From Guillardia theta CCMP2712 (Eukaryota; Protista; Cryptophyta), in NCBI RefSeq assembly GCF_000315625.1, contig NW_005434668.1, positions 969,570-1,033,569 of the forward strand: a DNA stretch of 64,000 nt. Reading direction: 5' to 3'. Shown one piece after another: positions 10,806-21,076 of this stretch. A program made the translations under genes and the position numbers. Every line of letters starts with the position of its first letter. Position 1 is the first letter of the stretch. The notes beneath the pieces were generated by a model. The model was not told the origin of the DNA. It saw only the letters and a program-made list of their open reading frames with translations, and did not search any database.

Positions 10806-12373
10806 GAGAAGGCCGTGAGGTAGCGTAGGAGGACGGGCCGGAGGAGCGGTGTGTGTATACATGTAGAGGAGGAGGAGGCGGCTGTGGGTGTATGCGATGA
10901 ATAAACAACCGAGTCACCATCCCCTCGTCTACACGGCGCGCGTCGGGTCTATCCGCTTCCATCATGATCGTCACGGACTGCCGACTTTGCAGTGCGGCTG
11001 TCTAGGCGATGGGAGGGACGGGAGCTGGGGCCTTCGCTGCCTACGTGATAGTAGGGCTCTTGGTTTGCGTTAATTTTCAGATTTTATTCTTCATACTGAA
11101 GATAGCGACTCGATTTTACAACTTTCCTTACTCATATGGATGGGATCAGGAGCAAACCAGAGAGAAACAAAGAAACAGGCAGCATAAACCTCAGGTTTCT
11201 CCAACTACGTGAGACTTCGAGGAGGACGCCCCGGCGGCCAAGACCCATGCGATCTCGATACTTCGGAAAGAGACTCTCACGCAGACGATCAGAAGCAGGA
11301 TCCTTCACAGGTCCCCATACAGCGCCTCTGAGCTCATTGACTCCGCCAGGCTCCAGGAGAAAACTTTTCAAAACCGCAAACTTCAGTTGCGTTGCAGCCG
11401 TTGCGTTGCAGCCGTTCAAATAATCGTGCTGTATGAGGGGTCAGGAGGTCCGGAAAAAGGAATCGAAGTTCGGGGGGCAAGATGGACCGACGATACACAG
11501 TCAATGATGGGGGGTGGGTGGGTTGTTCAATGGGGAATTTGGGGAGTATACAAGGGGATAGGGTGGTACTTTACCGGTGGAGATCGAAGGTAGTGGGTTT
11601 CTCAGAGGACAGTAAAAGGGAGAGTTGCAAGGTTGACAGGGTGTAGATGAAGGTAGGCGGATGCTGATATCTTCTTCACACGTGGGGGTACATTGACATA
11701 GGGTGGGGGTGCACTGGTCATGGGTGGTGGCAGGGGTAGGGGTAGAATTTTGTAAGGCGGAAATGGAGGGCGATGGGGGAAAAGAGCAGGAGAGATGGCA
11801 AATGCTGATGCTGATGCTGATGCGCTTGTTGATGCCTTCATGAAGGCCGCATACACCCAATGACAGGGATACAGAACGTATCAAAGATAGTTTGCGCCGT
11901 GGATGTGAGAACGACATGGGGCAAAAATTGAAATCTGTGTGACTTGTCAATTGTGCAACGCGTTTGCTCCCCTCTGCAAAACAAGCTCTTTGAAAAGAAT
12001 CAAGGTCTGCAACAAAGTGCATATAGCGCTGTATGAGATTTGTAAGCAATCATTCAAAGAATGGCCAGAAAAACCTTGAATGCGACCATTCTACTGTCGT
12101 TCTATTACAACACGGTTTTGATGACAAGTGCAATAAGTGACCCTTGTTCTTTTTCAGGGTCTGGGCGTGTAATTCATCGAAGTTGCATTAGATGATCAAA
12201 GATTGAAGCATATAGATACCAAGAAGCTGCTATCTGAAGCTCGTATCCTGATGTGATGAGGTGGAGGCAGGTGGAATCGAGAGCTGACATGTGAACCCAG
12301 GAGCAATGAAATCATCACTGTCGAAGAAAGAACAAGAGAAACCCTGAGCAAGCAAGCGACACCCCGTGTGAAA

Positions 12374-13232
12374 ATGAGCAATGGAGATGCTGAATGGAAG
12401 AAAGAGCCACATGTTGACATGTCAGAGGCGTTGATGGCAGGCGGCCTGCCCCGCTCCCTGCATTCCGTCGACAAGCTCTCTGATACACACCATTCCCCTC
12501 ATACCCCCCAGGACTTTGCTGCTGCATATGACAACGTGAAAGAACTAGAACGCATCCTCCGCATGAACATGTGCTTCCACCATTGTGAAGCTGCCCCCGC
12601 CTGATGTGTGTGTCGCAGTGACAGGTTGAACCACATCGAAGAGGATAGAAACGTCAAGTGGAAGGACGAGGCCATCAAGCACGGGCTGAAGATGGTGGAT
12701 GAAGAGAGTCAGTCTGTTCTCGCCTGAAGCAGCTGTGTTGACCTCTAGCTCAGGAAAGCGAGGAGATGCAGAAAGGATGATCCTCTTGAAGAGGATAGAG
12801 TTCCTGTCCGAGGAGCTGGAGGAGTCAAAGAATCAGCTGGTGGCTAAGGTCAGGTTTGACGACGTGATAGTTGTCAGTGATGTGTCTTTCAGACGAAGGA
12901 ATGCGATGAGTTGTTTGAAGTAGCCCAAGAGCTGTCAGAAGAGTTGTCACAACATGTATCTTTCGACGAGGTTCGCAGAAGTTCATTATCACAGTCTCTT
13001 TGTGATCAGACATCCTTCAGGACGAAGCTGGGGAGGCTGGACCGAACAAGACGGTGAGCAAGAGACCGATCATCCAGAACGCCTTGAAAAACAACCGCTC
13101 CTCGAGGGGCAAGAACTGGTGAGTGTCGGTGACTAAAGTTTGCGAAGCTAACGAGACGTCCAGGTTCTCTTTCGCGGACATGTTCACGTTTCCCAACTGG
13201 TGCTCGAAGCCTCAATGACCGCGAGCAAGTGA
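12374..13232 (+). CDS. hypothetical coiled-coil protein, multi-exon
   Basis: Exon-like pieces MSNGDAEWKKEPHV.., ERMILLKRIEFLSEELEESKNQLVAK and ECDELFEVAQELSEELSQ are separated by ~50-nt GT-AG introns. 3' end approximate. Confidence 0.6.
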
Positions 13233-13311
13233 TTGCGATGTTCACTCTGAGATTTTGTCAAGGAATCAGGAGCCTCTCATCTCATTTTTCATTAAATTTT
13301 TTCTATAATGT

Positions 13312-16300
13312 TCACATGTCGCTATCGATCTCCTCGTCGACCTCGTCGTTGTCTGCTGGGACGTGGATGTTCATCTTGCGATAGATCGTGTCCACCATCG
13401 ACTGATCCAGGTAAGGCCCCAGCAGGATTCTCCTCTGCAACATCCAACAATTCAGCTCGCTCCAACACAGGCAGCACGAACTCCAATAGAAACAGGGATG
13501 GAGAGGGAGGGAGAAGAACAAAAGAAGGGAAGGTTGGGAGCGATCGGAATCTGCCGCACCTGCCGCATCTTTTCGATGAGCTGATAACACTGCTGGAAGT
13601 CTTGTTCACTGAAGAAGAACTCGATCAACAGGGCAAAGACGTCGCCAACCTGCATCCCCCCGTCAGGAGCCCCGGCACATCCTTTCCCTGTCCCTACCTG
13701 CACAGCCACGTCCAACTTCGGGGTCTCCAGCAGTTGATAGCAAGTCTGTACAAACTCGTTGGGGTCGTCCTTGACCAGGCTCTTAGCTCGCACGAAGACT
13801 TCGATCAGCTGTATCCGTCGGTCGAGCATTGTACAGTCCTCGTCAGCCTTGACAAGATATTTCTTGCTCTCCTTCAAAGCATCCAGAGCCTTCTCGTAGT
13901 CGCGATACTCGTCGATTTCTACTTGGGAACAAGAGTCGTAGAACATGCCGAGCTGGAGGGACAAGGTGAGAGAACAGGACAGGAGCCCGCGCAAGTTACC
14001 TGCTTGTAGGCCTTGGCCTTGTTGTAGAACTCGATGATCTTCTTCATAATCTCTGGCTCTGTATGCCAGTTCTGTGTCTGCAGGTAGTTGGCAGCTCTGA
14101 TGTAGATCTCCTTGGATCTCAGCACTCCGGCAAAGAAAATGATCTTCTCGGTATCTCCTGACTTGAGGAGCGCGTCCATCGCTTTGTCCTTCATCCCAGC
14201 CTGCCACGAGAGCGTAAGAGGAAGGAGGTGGAGGGAGTGAGGACGAGGAGTCTACTCACCTGCGTGTACTTCTTCGTTGCCAGGTGATAGTTCTGCTGCT
14301 GTACACAGATGTCTGCTATCCTCTTCAGCATCGAGTTTCTCAGCTCGGCGTCTGCCTCCTTCTCCGGGAGCAGCTCCGTGATCTTCTCTGCCATGGTCTC
14401 CGTCATCTCCACCTTGTACTTCTCACAGAGCTCGAGAGCATGCTTGGGCTGCTTGCAGGTGACAAACAGCTGGACAGCCTTGTCGTACTGCGAGTGAGAC
14501 ATGAAGAAGTCTCCCACCTTCTGCAGGAGATCAGGGTCAGTGTCGCTTCCCAGGTCGTCGGAGATCGCTCTGAGAGAGTCGAAGAGCTTCGCGTCGAAGC
14601 AGATCTGGAGGGCCCTGGAGCTATTCCCCCCATTCTTGTACAGAACCACCGCTTGCTCGTACATCTGTCGCTCCTCCAGGTACTTGGCACATTCCAGCAT
14701 CACTCTCTTGTTGCATCGGATGGCGAGGGGCAGCAGCTCCTTGTCGAGCCCGTTCTCACGAGCAAGGCGAACAGCGTGGTTGTACCTCCCGGACTTGGAG
14801 AAGAGGCGGATCGCGTCCTTGGGCTTCTCCATGGCCTCGTACTGTGACGCCAGGTAGTAGGCAGCTGGGCCGCTGCCGGATTCGTTGACAACCTCCTCGG
14901 CGGCTTCAAAGTTTCTCTGGAAGCAGCGGATCCTGACTATGGACATGAAGTCTTCGGCCTGCTTGTAGTAGTTGAGCGCCACGTCAAGCTTCTGCTTGCT
15001 CTCGAAGTACTTGGCCATCCACCCGAACAGAACCTTGTCATTGGCCTTGCGGACGTACTCCTCGCACGAGGAGATATCCTTCATCTCATAGAACATCCTC
15101 GGGACCTCCGTGCGATGTGCATCCGCCTTCTCGTAGCAGGCGATTGCTGCCTTATGGTCCCCGACGTTCTCGAGGTAACGGCCCCAGGCGTAATACGTCC
15201 CTTTGAGGTTGATCCGATCCTTCTTCTGCGCCGTCTCCACCGCCTTCTCCCATAAGCCGCACGCCTGGTACATCTTGTTCAACAAGTCGTACCGGCCGCA
15301 CGACACGTAGAGCCTCTCGGCATCTTCTATCAACCCCAGCTGGATCGCTACCATGGCGATTTGCGCTTCTCGCTCTGCAACGACGGTGAGGGGAGGAGGG
15401 GAGGAGGGGAGGAGGGGAGGGGAAGACGTACCTTTCTCCTGACGGGCGAGCCGGACAGCTCGAGCTCCCTTGGCATCCCCCATGTTGCTCAGGCAGACTT
15501 CAGCCACGTCCAGCCTCGAGGTCTTCACGCACATGTGCGCCATGTTCTTCCACACGTTGGGCCCTTTGATGAGCTTCACCGCCTTATACGCCTCGTCCAT
15601 GTTCCCCAGCGTGAGGTTGTAGCTGAACTCCAGCAGAGCCCAACGAGTCTGGAAATTCACAAGCTCCATCCCCACGAAGTCTCTCAGGACTTTGCTCTGA
15701 ATCTGAATCGTCGAGTTCCCCGTGGCCTCGTCCGACTTGGGCGCGCTGAGGAACAGGTGGGGGATCTGGAGTCCGAGGAGGACGGAGCCTTCCGAGGTGA
15801 TGGGGAAACGATCCTGCAGGAGCAGCCCCTTCTCTGTCGTAGCGAAGAAAGTCACAACCTCAGCCCTGTTGATCTTGAAGATCTCAGCTCCAAAGTCCTT
15901 CATCTCCCCGCGGTACTTGATCTCGCAACCCAGCAAGTTCCCAGCTTTCTCTCTCGCCTTGAAGCCCTCCTTCTCGATCTCGTTCTCCTTCTTTCCCTCG
16001 GTGATGTCCGCCGTATCCCAGAAGTGGTTCACTGGGTAGTAATCCGGGCCGAACTCGTAGCTGTAGAATGAGTCCGATACGACGTCGAACACCCAGATTT
16101 TTGTGTCAACAATCTCTGCCTTGGATGCATCTGAGCTGCCCCTAGCCAGGATACTCACCTTGCTGCCCATGCTGTTGATCTTCACCGATACTATGTCAGC
16201 GATCGGCACGTCTCCTTCCTCGAACTTGCGCGAGAGGACGGACTTCCTCTTAGTGGTGGAAACGTCCCAGATGTGGATGTAGTTCTTGCTGGTGCTCGCT

Positions 16301-18089
16301 ACCAGCCATGTGCCATGACAGTCAAGGTAGACAGGCTCGCCCTCCACTTCCTCGACAGGGAGCCTCTTGGTGATCGTTCCTTCAAGGTTCGCAACTTCAA
16401 TCTCCGAATCGTTGGCCATGTAAATGTACAGCGGCTCGTTGGGGAAGTAAGACCCTATGACCATGGTAGTAGCGTTGGTGTTGAAAGAAGAGGTGAAGGT
16501 GTGATGGTTGGTAAGGCTGTTGATCTCATAAACTTCTGCCTTCCTCCCACTCCAAACCAAGATGTTTGACTTTGTGATATCACACCCCTTGATCGGGACA
16601 CCGCACTCTACCTCCGTCAACTTCAAAGGGCTGTTTCCTGCCCAGAAGTTCTTTATGACATCTGGCTCGATGTCAACTTGCGGTATCCCTCTTTCGTCTA
16701 GCTTTCGATGAACCGGCAGGAAGCCAAGGTGCTTGTTGGATATTTGAACCATCGCCACCTGGTCTCTCACTTTCCTCTGCAGCTCATTCTCGACCAAGAT
16801 GTGAACCGACTTGTCTGTGGATGCTGACAGGAACCCATGATGCTTTGCCCACTGCAGATCGATCACTGTCATTCCCAGCTTGACAGTTGCCCGGAGCATC
16901 GGGTACCAATCATCTGCAGAAGAGCTCTGGCTGCTGGAGATATTGTGGGACCAGAACAGGACATATCCCTTGGAGGTTCCAGCGCACAGGATCCGTCTCT
17001 TCTCGCTGTACGCCACTGAGTGAATCTTGTCATCTGGTGGAACTTTGGGATCTGAGACCCTCAGCACGTAGTTCTCGTCTTCTGAAAGCTTCCAGAAGCG
17101 CAACAGATTCTCCCCCGATGACGTCATCAACAACCCCGACGAGATCCAGATCGCTCGCATCATCACGTTCGTCTCATGCAGGCTCTTGGCCGCTATCTTA
17201 CCCGACGAGATCTCCTTGATCTGACCCGAGTCGTCGGGCCCAGAAATCCGTTTCATCATCATATGCTCATTGATCGCAATTAGCTCGTCTGCCTCCTCGT
17301 AATACACCAGCGCTGCTATGCCACTCGTTCCTCCATCAGGCGACTCGAGACGAAAGAGCTCCTGCACCTTGGTCTTGTCGTCGGATCCGTAGTACACGAT
17401 ACCATCCTCCCCAGCGAAGTAGTAGGTAGGAGCGTCCCCGTCATCACTCTTCATCGATTTCTTGCTCCTAAAGGTAATGTGCGTTACTGCACTCTGACCC
17501 TTCTGGATGATAGATTGCTGCACAAAGATCCCTCTCTCCTCCGGCTTCCACACAGCGAGAAGTCCGTTCTTGTCAGTTGAAAGCAGCCTGGACCCACACG
17601 GGCTCCAAGCAAGGAGGCAGATACTGCCTTTGTGCGCTAAATTATTTTCTCTGAAGTTAGAAAACACTGTCTCCCCCATGCTCTTGTTCTTATCCTCCCA
17701 TAGCACTATGGAGCCATCATCCCAGCCCGATGCTAGGATGTTCTTAGGCCCTGGACCCCAGGCTACGTAAGTCGGTGCAGAACTTTTATGATAATCCTTG
17801 TCCGACTTGACCGCCTGGGAAGTAGAATCGGTTCAGTGGCAGAGAAACGTCTGTGCCATGTGCAAACCTCATCATGGAATATCGAGAGTCTGCCATCGCT
17901 CGTTCCTACAATGAGGAGAGGAGACTTCATCTGCCGAGGACACCAGTCCCTGCACCATACGATCAATCAGCTCTAAAGCTCATTCAAATTTTCAAAAATG
18001 AGCGCAATGTTGGTGAGTACAAGAAAGGGGAACAAACTGACGATCCAATTCGGTTCAGCATGCAAACATCGTCCACAAAAGATCCTCAT
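13312..18089 (-). CDS. IFT140: intraflagellar transport protein 140 (IFT-A; WD40 + TPR)
   Basis: 1171-codon ORF with WD40 repeats and IFT140 motifs ([36 protein letters not shown]; [15 protein letters not shown]; [10 protein letters not shown]; [19 protein letters not shown]; [15 protein letters not shown]). Start codon position uncertain. Confidence 0.95.
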
Positions 18090-18478
18090 GAGAAACAAGC
18101 CATCTCCATGAGCCTGAAGTCAACCGCCCCAAGACAACCTCCGGACTCCAACCGCCCACGAAACAACTACAACCAGGATAGGAATCGTGCTCTCATCGAA
18201 CAGAAGACAAAGTTTTCCCCCATCATGTGCAGTCAACCTTCGCATTGTCGTCATCATACCTGCATAAGATGATGTCGTCCCCCTGCATCTTGTCCAGGCT
18301 GCAGCCATACTCGAAGAAGAGAGCCTCTCCCATGACCGCTACACCCACCGCTACCCCACCCCACCCCCAATTCAACATGGAAAATCACCCCCTGCTTCAG
18401 TTTGCGAACATTTCAATCAGCACCCCCTGTTGCATAGGGAATACTACCCCTACCTTCACGTTCTCTGACCTGCTCCCT

Positions 18479-20000
18479 ATGGCACCCGCTACTCGTTTGG
18501 CGATCGCCGTTGCGCTATGCTCATTGACTGATGCATTCCTGCTTCCATCCTCCTCTCTCAGGTACTCTCCACTGCTCTCCTGTCCTCGCATGCCTATGAA
18601 CCTTACTGCCACTCCATGTCCTGTCCTCACGGACCTCATCGTGCTCATGCAATCTTGTTCACGGAGATGCGGGCAGGGTGTTGCAACCCGGGAGAGCGAG
18701 CAAGATTGCGAGCATTACCAGGTCGAGGCGAGGTTGTCAAAACATCCTTGCAGGTTCACGAGTCTGATCGTGTTTGCGTAGGGAGCATCGTTCAACCATG
18801 CATGATCGCAAGTAGAGACGTGAGAACTTCCTCTTTGCTGCCGCTTGCAGGTCTGATAGCTTCTTTTAGAGCGATCGCAGGGTGGTGGAGGGCCCGTTCG
18901 AAGGACAGTTTGGAACATGGTGATCGAGATGCTCGCCCAACTTTGGCAGTGAGACGCGCACACAGGTTTGTCGATCAAGATGACGCGGTAGAAGTTCTCA
19001 CCTATCGTCTATCTCTCGTCGGTGCTGCGCTTGCGGTAAGCGGAGCTTGCCATGGCACTCCAGGATGACCTCAAGTCTGCAGACTGTGACTGGAGTAGGA
19101 ATGGCCGTGTTGCCCAACTTTGTGCAAGCTCAACCTCCCTCGTAATCTCGGACATTCCATCGCGTTATATCTACTTACAGCAAGTGCAGGACTGCGGCGT
19201 TGGATGCCATGGCCGTCTTGTTTCTTGCCTCCTTTGGTGTCTCTCTGAAGACAATTCACATCTACATGAAGCCGATGCACAACATGCTCAAGGTATTTCA
19301 CTTGCCCGCACTGTGCTACCTTCACTCGGCTCCAGGCGCTTTGGGCAGGAGGAGCCCTGGGCTCGTTAGCCGTCTTTGTTGCAGGTGGGGAGATGCCATG
19401 TGACTGCTCATGACGTGTGGCCGCTGATGCCGTTGATGCAGGACCGAACCACAGCCTCGTGAAGGATTGCTTCGAGCACAGCGAGTTCTTGCTCGCCTCG
19501 GGTTGGGCATTTGTCGCCCTCACGGGTCTTTTCTTCAAGGAGTTTGCATGGTTGGGATGCAAGTCGTTGAGCTGAAGGTGATTGAGTGACATCCTTGTAG
19601 CTTTCAGAGGTGGGAGGCATCAGCACTCTTCGCCGGTCTGCCCATCCTGACAGGTCACGAAGATCGCATTACAATGTTCCCCATCAGTCAGCATGTTGTT
19701 GACGACCGAGCAGGAGGGCATTTTCTGCATCTCCTCTCTGAAGATGTCGAGAAGGTGAAAGTGAATTTTCATGAGACGCGTTCTCCTGACCTCCTCTCTC
19801 AGGGCTTGGCTGTGATGTTTGCCACTGTGTTTGTGAGAATTTCCCTCCCGATTTGCTGCTTTTTCATTGTGTAGACCCGTATTGACCATGTCGAACAGGT
19901 CTTCTTTGCTGCGAGGAAGTTTGATCAACCTCTCAAGGCAGACATCGGAGACAAGAGCATCTTCGAATATCTCGCGCTGCAGGAGAAGATAGGACAATAG
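18479..20000 (+). CDS. plastid-targeted DUF2301-family integral membrane protein, multi-exon
   Basis: N-terminal MAPATRLAIAVALCSLTDA|FLLP (signal peptide followed by F). Family-type motifs EGQFG, EVLTYR, TIHIYMKPMH, FVALTGLFFKE, FAARKFDQPLKADIGDKSIF; TAG at 19998-20000. Confidence 0.8.
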
Positions 20001-20112
20001 AAATGGGTTTGCTCTAGTCATTCGTAGTTTTAGCAACATGTATCATCGTATATACTTTACACTTGGCATGCAAGGCTCCGATGCCCAGAAGCTGCATTGC
20101 CCACTCTGTTTC

Positions 20113-20781
20113 TCAACGCCCTCCTGCCTTCTTGTTGAAGTCCAGCACCATCTTTCGAAACTCTTCATAACTCACCTGCGATCTGTCAGCTAATCAAGGC
20201 ACATGATCGGCAAAGAGTTAAATATTCACTTGACCATCGCCATCGTGATCTACCTGTAAGGGGAAGGGTGGGTGTCAGATACATTCTAATCGATATCATG
20301 TGCTACTGCTCTTACCAGTCTTATCAGTTCATCCACCTCGTCGTCTGTCAAATTCTCATTGATGGCGAGATATGTGTTATGCAGATCTGATGCCCCAATG
20401 AAACCGTTGCCGTCACGATCGAATGTCTATACAAACTCGTCAAACAAATATCAAAATGAAAGAACGATCTCGACATCAATTCTGTTCTGGTCCTGTGAGC
20501 TTTCTCAAGAGCTAGGCGATTGCCCTACTCCATAGCCTCTTTTCTACGCTCTTCCCTTCCCTTCCCTTCCCTGCCCTGCCCTGCCCTGCCCTGCCCTGCG
20601 CTTCTCTGCTCTGCTCTGCTCTGCTCTGCTCTGCTCTGCCCTGCCCTGCCCTGCCCTGCCCTGCCCTGCCCTGCTCTGCTCTGCTTTTCTCCTCTCTTCT
20701 TCTCTCTTCTCTTCTCTTCCCTTCTCTCCTTCTCTTCACCTGGAAAGCTTCTCGGATGTCGCTCTCGCTGAACGTCGTCAT
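20113..20781 (-). CDS. small calmodulin-like protein with two EF-hands (4 exons)
   Basis: Spliced product [14 protein letters not shown]|[37 protein letters not shown]|VDHDGDGQ|[20 protein letters not shown]. Confidence 0.88.
20551..20735. repeat. pentanucleotide microsatellite mosaic (CCCTG/CTCTG/CTCTT)n in intron 1 of the EF-hand gene
   Basis: Direct reading of the sequence. Confidence 0.9.
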
Positions 20782-21076
20782 GATAAAACTTCGCCGTTGT
20801 GTACCCTCATCCCCCCGCATAAATCCACTCCCATGCACCTTTCCGGGCAACACCTGGCCGCACAGCAAACGCGGGAGTTCCGAGAGCCTATGAGCTAGCC
20901 TACTAGGTCTGGTCCTAGCTGATACCTAGGGCGGTTCACTAGCGAGTACCTGGTCCATATTAGGAGTTCCTAGCTGGGCCCAGGGTGTAACGTACCATGA
21001 AAGGACAGTTACAAACTCGTTTTGACTAATTTTTTCCTTACTTTTTTTCTGCTCAGCACCTGCGAGTCCTCAGGCT

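Larger units (their letters stand above)
6910..11042 (+). repeat. tandem array of ~2.6 copies of a 1.56-1.69 kb GC-rich unit
   Basis: Near-identical blocks recur: ccgaaccattgcatcctaagaccc at ~6927, ~8513 and ~10202; (TCTG)n at ~7060, ~8648 and ~10336; ORF stops at 7550, 9113 and 10805 (periods 1563 and 1692). The third copy ends abruptly at cgctgcct|acgtg (~11042). Confidence 0.97.

Noticed and set aside
6910-11042. Tandem array as CRISPR, rDNA/5S or spliced-leader array
   Set aside because: Units are 1.6-1.7 kb with no short repeat-spacer structure, and I could not recognise rRNA, 5S or Sm-site sequence.
11132-11419. 95-aa minus-strand ORF beside the array
   Set aside because: Non-ATG start, no recognisable motif and no clear splice context.
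14284-16569. Long antisense ORFs over IFT140 (and similar ones over LRR, PRMT7 and WDR76)
   Set aside because: Shadow ORFs expected from GC3-rich codon usage on the coding strand.
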